Source of the DNA: the human T2T-CHM13v2.0 reference genome, Homo sapiens
Length of the DNA: 64,000 bases
Reading direction: 5' to 3' (one strand)
Assembly (NCBI RefSeq): GCF_009914755.1
Contig: NC_060948.1
Shown here: positions 54,240 to 64,000 of the stretch, in pieces
How positions within the stretch are numbered: the stretch's first letter is position 1
Layout of the letters: every line of letters begins with the position of its first letter
Translations under genes and position numbers: made by a program
Notes under the pieces: generated by a model
What the model was told of the DNA's origin: nothing
Database searches by the model: none
What the model saw: only the letters and a program-made list of their open reading frames with translations

Positions 54240-55050
54240 AGTGTCTTCATAAGAACTTTCACAGAGCAATAGTTTTTAATTTTGATTTGATCCAGTTTAT
54301 CGGTTTTCCTTTTATGGTTTATGCTTTTGGTATCAAATGTAATAACACTTTGCTACAACTAAGAGGCTTCAATTTTCTTATGATTCTTTTATTCTGAAAA
54401 TGTTTTATAAAATGTCTTATAATTTTATATTACATTGAAGTTCATGAGCCATTTTGAGTTAATTTGTGTAGAGTAATGTTTATGTTAAGGCTTTATTTCT
54501 TAAATTTATGGATGTCCACATGCCATAGCACCATTTGTTGAAAGGCTGTTTTTCCTCCACTGATTTTTGCTTGCCAGATTTATGTCATATTACCTGGTCA
54601 TATCCACACCAGTGTGGCTCTATTCCTGGGCTTTCTCTTCTGCTCCATTTTTTACACGAATCTGTCTCTATGCCAATACTAAACTGTCATGATCACTTTA
54701 GCTGTTTAATAAGTCTTTGAAATGTTGTTGATGGATTTCTCCCACTATATATTAAACACTAATAATTGTCTTAGCTATCCTAGTAAGTTTGCATTGTCTG
54801 CAAAAATTCTTGCTGAGATATTGATAGGAATTGCATCAAATATATAGATCAAGCTGGGGAAAATTAACATGATATATTATATCTTTACATCCATGAACAC
54901 CGTGTATCTCTTATTATTTCTATTTGATTTATTTCACCAGTATTTTATATGCTTCAGCATACAGATCTCATACCTGTTTTCTTTTGTTTAAATGCATATC
55001 AAAACATTTGATGTTCTTTGGAGCAGCTGTAGATGATACAGTTTCTAATC
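54240..55050 (-). mobile_element. Old L1 ORF2 fragment
   Basis: GCACCATTTGTTGAAAGG, TTGATAGGAATTGCATCAAATATATAGATC and CATCCATGAACAC. Confidence 0.7.
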
Positions 55051-55351
55051 TGGGGAAATGGCAGAGTGCTAACTAGTTTAGATTTACTTTGTCTGTTCAG
55101 TTCCTAGGAGGGTGGTTTGTGGTAGATGGTTAACTCCCCACTGAAGCCTTCTGACAGGATAGGTTAGAGGAGGGTAGTGGGGACAGCAGGCAAGACACAC
55201 AGTGCAATCTGTCCTACTTAGCTCTGGCTCTTTAAAAACTGTGGTTGTTGGGTCGACCTGTATGCTCAGCTTGCTACCGGAGTCTGCTGACATAAGGGAA
55301 TTAGAATGCTCTCCTCTGCTTTCTCCAGGAGGGTGATAGAATATTCTCTCT

Positions 55352-55703
55352 GGCCGGGCACAGTGGCTCATGCCTGTAATGCCAGCACTTTGGGACGCCA
55401 AGGTGGGTGGATCACCTGAGGTCAGGAGTTTGAGACCAGCCTGACCAACATGGAGAAACACCATCTCTACTAAAAATACAAAATCAGCCGGGTGTGGTGC
55501 CACATGCCTGTAATCCCAGCTACTTGAGAGGATGAGGCAGGAGAATCATTTGAACCAGGGAGGTAAAGCTTGCAGAGAGCTGAGATGCTGAGATTGTGTG
55601 TCATTGCACTTTAGCCTGGGCAACAAAAAGAAACTCCATCTCAAAAAAAAAAAAAAAAAAAAAAAAAACACAACAACAAAAAAAGAACGAAAAGAAAAAA
55701 AAA
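55352..55703 (+). mobile_element. Alu (AluSx/Sz-like) with long A-rich tail
   Basis: GGCCGGGCACAGTGGCTCATGCCTGTAAT...GATCACCTGAGGTCAGGAGTTTGAGACCAGCCTGACC. Confidence 0.93.
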
Positions 55704-56361
55704 AGTTGCTGACTAGTTTGACTTCATGGGGAATGAGAGCATCACTGACATGTTGAGAAGACTGTCTCTGTACATGGCTCCACAGAAATGGCAATACTAG
55801 TTAATTTTATTTTATTTTATTTATTAATTATTTTCTGGTAGTGTTTATCTGGAATAGTTTGGTTATTACCTTTAGAAGTGTTTCATGCTATTGTGTGTGG
55901 TTAGGTCATCCTCTCCTTGTCCTTTGGTTGAGAGAGAAGAGGATTTCCTTGAAGTCCTTTTCTTCTGTGCCTATTGGAGATTCTGGATTGGAAACTTCTA
56001 CAGTCCATCATCTGCGATATACGGAAGACACTAGGAAAACCAAGTAAAGTGACCATGATACCACTCTGCAAGTCCTTATGTCCCCAGACAAACTGTCTTC
56101 CTTTTTCTATCTTTCAGATCCTGTCCTTGTTTTTTGTCTTTACATCTGTGGTGTTTCAGTTGTTCAGAGGAAACAATGGGGTGTTGCATTGTAACTAGAA
56201 ATCCTAGGAAGTGAAAGTTTGAGAATGGCTTTTAAAGTACCATGCAAACCAAATCTCATAATGCAAAACATGGGAAGATATGGCATGACATAATTTACCC
56301 AAAATAAAGTGATTTTTATAAAATAAAGTCTTCACCAAATTTAAATAATCTCAAAGAAGTC

Positions 56362-59300
56362 TGCTGAGATCAGCTTGGTCATGGAGACCTTAACCCAGCT
56401 GTGCTAGAGGAATTAAAGACAGACACACAGAATTATGAAGTACAGAGTGGGAATCAGTGGGCTGACAGCCTTCAGAGCTGACAGCCATGAACAGAGTTTT
56501 ACCCACATATTTGACAGTAAGCCAGTGATAAGCATTGTTTCTGTAGATTGTAGATTCAGTAAAAAGGAAGACAAAGAGTTGGGTTCTCACTAGTTATCTG
56601 AAGCAGGAGCAGGTCCTTGAGGCACAGATCGCTCATGATATTCTTTGTGGTTCAGGAATGCCTTAAGCGGTTTTCTGCCCTGGGTGGGCCAGGTGTTCCT
56701 CGCCCTCATTCCAGTAAACCCACAACCCTCAGTGTGAGTGTCATACCCATCATGAGCATGTCATAGTGCTTCAGAGATTTTGTTTATGGCCAGTTTGGGG
56801 GCCTGTCTATGGCCAGATTTGGGGGTCTGTTCTCTACATATTCCTCTTTTTGGTTTTTCCAATTCGATAAAAGCAAAGGTGGCTTTATCACGGTGAACTA
56901 CGTCTCACAGGACTTGGGATCTGCATCTGCAGACTATACAAAGACAAACAACACAGATTTAAAGCACAATCATCTTTAAATCAGAGTCTCCAAGTGTTTT
57001 TGTCCTTTTTAATGGGTTAATAGCAGCTAATCCATCCACAGCTCTTTCAAGCACTCCTGTTCCTGGCATTAAGATCAAGCGTGCCTGGGATAATTCAAAT
57101 ATTTGCTCTTCTTAATTTTGCAATATCCAAAGACATATTTGTAGAATGTCCTTCTAGATGCGTTTTTATTCTTTCCCAAATTTTGATCAGATTGCCGTTC
57201 TAGATGCTTTTTTATTCTTTCCCAAATTTTGATCTTATTAAGAGCCAATAACAGTTTCCACAAATCCTAATGTTTAGCTCCTAGAGCGGGTTGTATCATT
57301 TGTTGTTGAGGTGCCATTTTACCTCCATGTTTCCAGAAGATCTCTTGCTGTATCTCTTACCATTTCTACCATCTGACCATTTTGGTCAGACAAGCTGAAC
57401 ATAGTGTGGCCTTGGCACACAGACCGAGAGGTGCGATTTAAGCTAAACTTCCCCTTAGGGGACAAATCAATAAATATTCCATAGGAATCGTTGCAGAGCA
57501 CCTCTGCATGTTCTGCAATGCAATTTTCTAAAACAAGTACATTCATTTATTCTGGCCGTGTCTATTTCTGTTTACAATTAGATTCTTGAGGGCAGTATGC
57601 CTCAATTCTAGGAGCAGATTCATTATGATAAACACTGAGACCAGAAAGCATATGTAACTGTGTCAGCCCTGCAAAGGAATACTCATGGCAATGGTGATCA
57701 CCAGTATCATAGCTATCATTATATGGGGGACTCATTGTCCTACTTTCCTCAGGTTTTCTTTTGCCATCTGTGGCAGCTTCTTGATCTGTCCCCAGGTAGG
57801 TGGCTGTGTTCAATGCGTGTTGCTCGTGATAGTTGGGGTACTCCTCAGCATCAACTTAGAGAATGCTGCCACCGCTGGATCTTTGAGATCCTCCTAACAC
57901 CTCTTCCAGGGTATCTGGCTCATAAGCAGGGCTTTAGGCATCTCAGTAGCACCCACATTGGCAGTTGATCAGTCCTGGAGAAACACAAGCATAACCTCTA
58001 CCCCATGTTATTATTTTACCTATTTCCTAATTTTCTGTTATTGGATCTCACCACCAAACCAGTTTTTCTGCTTCTGTCTTTGCAGCTGGTTTCTGCAGAT
58101 GCTGATCAGCTGCTGATAGCATCTGGCCTCTAGACAGGCTCAAAAAATTTAGAGTCAATAATGCTACATTCAATTTCCTATGTGGTATCCCGTAGTCCTT
58201 GATTCCCCCTTTGGCTTTTGCAACTGCTCTTTCAGGGAGAGATTCATTCTTTCCGCTACGGCTTGTCCTTGAAAATTATATGAGATACAAGTTATGTGTC
58301 TAATATTCCATATAGAGAAAAATGTCGCTACAGCTTCATTAGGGTAGCCTAGGGCATTGTCCATTTTAATAGAAGCTGGACTGCCCATCAACACAAAACA
58401 CTGCAAAAGTTGACATTTAACACAGGCAGAAGACTCTCCTAATTGGCACGTAGCCCAGACGAAGTGAGAAAAGGTGTTTACACATACATGTACGTAAGTT
58501 AGTCTCCCAAATGAGGAAACATGTGTGACATCCATTTGCCAAAGATCCTTAGGTTCCAATCCTCAAGGATTAACTCTTCCTGTAAAAGATGAGGAATGCA
58601 AGCTGGGTATTGCTGGATAATAGCTTTAGCTTCTTTCCAGGTAATGCTGGACCTGCATTTGAGACCAAAGGCATTAACATGGGTTAAATTGTGAAAGTGT
58701 TTGGCATTAGATATTGTAGCAGCAAATAGGTGGTCAGCCATTTGATTCCCTGCAGTCAAAGGTCCTGGAAGAGATGTATGAGCTCTAATATGAGTAATGT
58801 AAAAAGGGTGCATTCTACTCCTAGCTGCTCTTTGTAATTGGGTAAATTCATCAGTCACTCATCTGTGTGGAATCATGCTGAGCATTTTCAACCGACTGTG
58901 TAGAATGAACCACATATGAAGAATCAGAAATCACATTTATAGGCATATTACAAGCAGTCCATACCTCAATTACAGTTACAAGCTCCGACTTTTGAGCTGA
59001 AGTATAGGGCATTCAGAAAACTTTACCTTTCGAGCCAGAATAAAAAGCTTTGGTATTACTAGACTCCTCTGTGAAGATATTTTTAGCATTTTCAATAGGT
59101 TTAAATTTGGTTATTTTAGGGAGAATCCAATGAGTTAATTTCAAAAATTGAAATAATTTTGTTTTTGGAAAATGGTTATCAAGAATACAAAGTCAGATAA
59201 ATGTGTTTGTCAAGTAAGGCTATTTGTAAAAGCCTGTTGTATTTGTGTCTTTGTAAGGGGGACAATAATTTTTCCAGGATGATATCCTTGTAATTTAATG

Positions 59301-60031
59301 ATCTAAGTTCTTCCATTTCCTATCATAGTAGTGATTTGATCCAAATAAGGAGTCAAAGTCCATGAATTAGTACGTGGAAAAAAAATCCATTCTACAAGGT
59401 ATTGCCCTTGAACAATAACACCAGTAGGTGAATGCTGAGTTGAAAAAAAAAAATCTGTAAATCTAGAACTGGAGCCCACACTTGTCCCATTGTAACCCTG
59501 ATGCTTCCGAACTTCTCTACTTACTCACCATGGGGATTTCTTAAGAGTAGCCAGGTGTCCTTCAGTGTAGTTCCACATTCTCCCACCCTCACTTTGGTGA
59601 CTCTTTGACCTGGGTTTGATTCCCCCGTATGGTCACGACTTGCCGAAGCCACATCAGTCATGGAGACCATAACCCAGTAGCGCTAGTGGCATTAAAGACA
59701 CACACACAGAAATAGAGAGTGTGGAGTGGGAATCAGGGGGCTGACAGCTTTCAGAGCTGAGACCCATGAACAGAGTTGTACCCACATATTTATTGACAGC
59801 AAGCCAGTGATAAGCATTATTTCTATAGATTATAGATTAACTAAAATGGGAGACAAAGGATGGGCTCTGGCTACTTAACTGCAGCAATAATTTGTCCTTG
59901 AGGCAGTTTCAGGAATGCCTTAAGAAGTTTTCTGCCCTGGGTGTGCCAGCTGTTTCTTGCCCTCATTCTGGTAAACCAACAACCTTCAGCATGGGCATCA
60001 TAGCAATCATGAGCATGGCCTGTTCCCAACA
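56362..60031 (-). mobile_element. HERV-K(HML-3)/HERVK9 provirus with two MER9 LTRs (56362-56838, 59641-60031), internally deleted
   Basis: Paired LTRs (reverse complement TGTTGGGAACAGGCC.../...TTCGGCA). Gag start MGQVW near 59491 is followed almost immediately by pol. RNase H/IN zinc finger (HIRAHTSLPGPLTAGNQMAD, HNLTHVNA) and integrase core ([20 protein letters not shown]) are present, plus env remnants and a purine tract next to the 3' LTR. Confidence 0.9.
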
Positions 60032-61281
60032 AATTTGTTATAATATATGTAAACTAGCCAATGATTTATAGCATATTAATAATATAGATCAATGAAGAAA
60101 TGATAAAATACCTCTCCTACACTTGGAAATGAAATAAAGTTGGCAAGGCTTCCAGAAAATGTAATCAAAAATATGTACTTCCTCAACTGCAGAAGGGTTA
60201 TAGTAAAAATACCTTTCTGAGAGGTTTTATTTGTTAAGTGGCAAATGATTTAATAGAAATCAAGCACTTATGTCTAGTTCACTGGAGCAAAGTTAAAAGT
60301 TGCAAAAGCAACTCTTATGAAAGCCAGAGATTATAACTGTATGACAAATTTTAAAAAATCACACTGACTATCAAGAAAAGAAACAGCTCTGAGGTTTGGA
60401 CTTTAGCAATATTAGTTTGAGATTAAACTTGGTCGTTCATTGAAACAGTCAACAGAGCAGTAAATTTAGATATATTCCCAGGAAAGAGACCATTTCTGTG
60501 TTCAGCGGGGTTGGGCTCCCTGCCTAAATACTTGGTGAAAAAAAGTGTGGTTCAGACATTTAAGTAAAATATTTAAGTCAGTACAGAACATCATGTCCTG
60601 CAGATAGCAGGATCTAACACAGAATGCGGTTTTTTATTGAAATTGATGAGAAAAGATTTTTATCTCAACCTCTATCCTGTGGGATATGCAAGACTGAGGT
60701 TAGATTTTTCATGTTACCTACATAATATAACTACCCCCAAAGCAGAAACTGGTATAAAATACTAGATTGCACAATTAAGTTCCTAAAATCCTGAAAAGAT
60801 TAACATAAAACTCCCCCCATAAGTATCACTTTACACTCAAGAACTAAAGATCGCTTTACCACTTCACAGACAACATTAACAATTCACTGATGGATGTTCC
60901 ACGTCCTAGGAGGTAGCCAGGGAAGACACACTTAAGGGTCGTACCCAAGGATAAAAAGTTGAATAAAAAATGAGTAAGTTTAGGTGTTCTCTGAGATGAA
61001 GAAATGGAATCTAAAAGCAAAAACAGGTGGTAGGAGGACAAAAATAAATTTTTAAAATAGACAATTATACATTTTTGAAAAGTGAACCATATATGAAGGT
61101 TCATGAACCATATATTATAGGAACTCAATTTTTTTTTTGTTTGTTTCTTATGCAGTAGATTCCACACAAATATAGCAAGAATAAGTACTTTCCTAAGTAG
61201 ATCTGTAAGTAAGTTTGCCAGGTGCAGGGTGATAATAATACATTTGAAATGTCACCTTTCAATTTAAATTTAATTACTTGT

Positions 61282-61473
61282 GGCTGGGCATGGAGGCTCA
61301 CACCTGTAATCCCAGCGCTTTGTGAGGTGGAGGCAGGCAGATCAGGAGGTCAGGAGATCGAGACCATCCTGGCTAACACGGTGAAACCCCATCTCTACTA
61401 AAAATACAAAGAGTTAGCCGGGCGTGGTGGCAGTGGCCTGTAGTCCCATCTACTCGGAAGGCTGATGCAGGAG
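61282..61473 (+). mobile_element. AluY-like, 3'-truncated
   Basis: GGAGATCGAGACCATCCTGGCTAACACGGTGAAACCCC. Confidence 0.88.
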
Positions 61474-62079
61474 GTACTGGGTATTAGTGATGGTAATCTT
61501 TGTGTTTTTCATTATGAAATAATGTATGTAACTGTTGGGTACATCAGTGCTTTTAAATGGGCTGCTTAATTTAGGATTAACTATGTATATTCATGTTAAG
61601 AATTAACACGATTTGACTGTTTCCTGTATTTTATAGTATACATGTGCAGAAATATATTCAAAATTGAGGAAGGAAGCATACCTTTATCAGGGTGCTATTA
61701 AACTTGAACATCAAGTATCATATATCAGTTGAGGGTTTTTTTTTTTGATTACTCCATAAAAACGCCTATTTGGGGTGTTTTTTTTAAAATTGGGAGAAGC
61801 TGTCTTCTGTGTAGGACGGCTATTTCAAAATATTTCAGTGTTTTGTTTCCTGTTGCATGACAGATTTAACTTTTTTTTTTTTTTTCCAGCAGTCGTGGTA
61901 CATCAGAGTCCAGTGTTCTAGAAGAGGCAGTGTCTCCACCCTAATTTTACTTTTCTAATTCTGGTAGCTACAGGAATTTTTGAAAGTTTTGTTTAAGTAG
62001 TCTGACATTTTTATGTAAAGAGCATGAAATCGTGCTATGTATAAATTTTCAACATCTAAAAGTGAATCAACATTTTCAA

Positions 62080-62380
62080 TCCTTGAATCCCAGCATTTTT
62101 GGGAGGCTGAGGTGCATGGGTCATGAGGTCAGGAGATCGAGACCATCCTGGCGAACACGGTAAAACCCAGTTCCTACTAAAAAGTTAAAAAATGAGCCAG
62201 GCATGGTAGTGGGCCCCTATAGTCCCAGTTACTCCAAAGGTTGAGGCCAGAGAATGGGAGGAACCCAGGAGGCGGGCTTGCAATGAGCTGAGATCCCACC
62301 AATGCACTCCAGTCTGGGCAACAGAGTGAGACTCTGTCTAAAAAATAAATAAATAAATAAAATAAGAAAAAAAGAAAATA
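62080..62380 (+). mobile_element. Alu (AluY/Sc-like), 5'-clipped
   Basis: GAGGTCAGGAGATCGAGACCATCCTGG...GAGACTCTGTCT followed by an (AAAT)n tail. Confidence 0.87.
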
Positions 62381-63272
62381 TTTTCAATCAGTGCCAAGGG
62401 CTTCTTGAAGTTCCAATCAAGTGTTACAATAAATATTTGTAGATAATGGTCGATACTTATGCATACTTATTTTAAAGATATATTTAGGTGGGAATAGTTG
62501 TGGATGTATTAAGAGTAATGAAATAGAATGTTAGCTTCATTTACTTGTGTTTTTACCATATAATAAATCCTATCATTTTTTTTTTTTTGTCCTCAGTATG
62601 GTGTCACATTTGAATAATGTGCATAACAAAGATTTCACATTGTTATAAAATCAAGTCTGTGAATGCTACTTGTTTTATTTCTGGCAAAAATCTCTTCAGC
62701 AATTTAAGAAAATATTATAATTCACTGGTGCAGTATTGGGCATAAAATTGCCACTAGCACTTTGTAGTTATCTGTATAAAGTTAAAAGTTTTCTGACCAG
62801 TTTTGTAGCAAATTAAATCCATCTACCTGTAAGATTAACAAGGCTGAAACTTGGGCAAAGTACAAAACAAGGGCCCCTGTGCAGTTGCTTATTTTTCAAA
62901 TGGATGGTACAAAAGTTGATGGAAAGATTTACTCAGGAATATAAAGAAACCTAGTTCTAACAGTTACTCTCTAGAGTAGCAGAGCTAAATATGTTACTCA
63001 GGATTTTATTTAACCTGTTAAATTATTAAGGGAAAGACCACAGTTATGATAGAAAAAAATCAAAAATTTTGTTTCAGGTTTATTTGGTATCTTCATAATG
63101 TTCTCAGTTTCTTCCCTGGGGAGTTTCTGCCTTAGCTTACAGGTTTTATAGTCAGTAATTCTTAATGAATCAATAAATTCTTTAATGCAAATTTCTAATA
63201 GTTTCTCTTGGCTGACTAAAGGAACCATTCAGGGTTTGTGTATGGAACACGCTGTGTTGGGAAACCAGGTAC

Positions 63273-63339
63273 ATTTTGACTTTGTCACTAGATTGAAGCA
63301 TGCCTGCAGGGAGAATTCTTGGACCATCCTTCTTGAGCA
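63273..63339 (-). pseudogene. OFD1 pseudogene, penultimate exon
   Basis: CAG acceptor, then CSRRMVQEFSL / MLQSSDKVK, then a GT donor; matches OFD1 [23 protein letters not shown] with a frameshift. Confidence 0.8.
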
Positions 63340-63875
63340 CTGATTACATGGGGGAAAGGGAATGATTTTGAAATTAGGTATGCATTAATTTTATAAAATA
63401 CATTGCCCTAAGAACCATTATTGGAACATATATGTAATTTAAAAGCCTAAAAACTGTGGTGACTTCTAAAAATAAAATTTAGCAAGTACATCAAAATAAA
63501 CCATCAGGTATGCTTTTAACACCAGGATACTTCAGACTTACATAAAATATTAATGTCAGTACTCATGTACTTGTTATATGATGATAAGTCTTTTCTTTCT
63601 TACTCCTAAAATAGTAAGTCATCTCAACCTTTACAAACTTTGACAAATCAAAATCTCTTAAATATTTTATCTTAAGCAAAAAACTATAAATTTTTCTCAA
63701 AAGAGTGAAACATTTGAAAGACGCAAGGATCCATATAAACTTTGGATTTTTAATGCCTTTTTACCTTCTTGTCTTCAATGGGGAAGAAAGATACCCATTG
63801 CAAGCAGTTAAAATAAACCACAGAAGCCCTGGATGTCTTCCACCCACAGATTCCCCTGTCCATGGGCATTGGCAA

Positions 63876-64000
63876 CTTATCTGTTGACTCCTGGTCTTGC
63901 TTCCACTGAATGATTTTTATGTATTTCTCTAAGGAATTTTCACAGTGAGCACATTTGTCTTTGGTTTCTTCATTACTCATTCTTAATTCATTTTTTAAAT
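63876..64000 (-). pseudogene. OFD1 pseudogene exon (runs off the window edge)
   Basis: [32 protein letters not shown] matches OFD1 C-terminal [29 protein letters not shown]. Confidence 0.85.

Noticed and set aside
55084-55794. 139-aa and 82-aa minus-strand ORFs
   Set aside because: Antisense Alu translations; the same applies to the other Alu-, L1- and microsatellite-derived ORFs in the track.

Overview
This is primate (almost certainly human) Y-chromosome ampliconic DNA, not prokaryotic. The only intact protein-coding gene is two-exon HSFY (47275-47787 + 48266-48958, 401 aa, heat-shock-factor DNA-binding domain). That places the window in the HSFY1/HSFY2 region (AZFb, palindrome P4); the two arms cannot be told apart here. 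Around it lie decayed gene fragments: an XKR3/XKRY-type pseudogene (first and last coding exons only), a PRY terminal exon, a processed Elongin C (ELOC) pseudogene, three USP9Y exons and the 3' exons of OFD1. These sit in dense repeats: a near-full-length L1PA7-like element, an internally deleted HERV-K(HML-3) provirus, MER50, LTR22, MER4 and MER52 LTRs, MER1, a MaLR LTR, many Alus, and a ~2.9 kb degenerate TTAGGG-type array. I see no wholly new multi-gene system. The best second-look signals are an L1 insertion with both a 5' inversion and a 3' transduction, a uORF and an RFX/CRE-like pair upstream of HSFY, the interstitial telomere-like array, an LTR22+PBS unit, in-frame repeats in the PRY tail, and several template-switch scars. 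Family assignments come from recalled protein and consensus sequences, not from searches; repeat boundaries are approximate.
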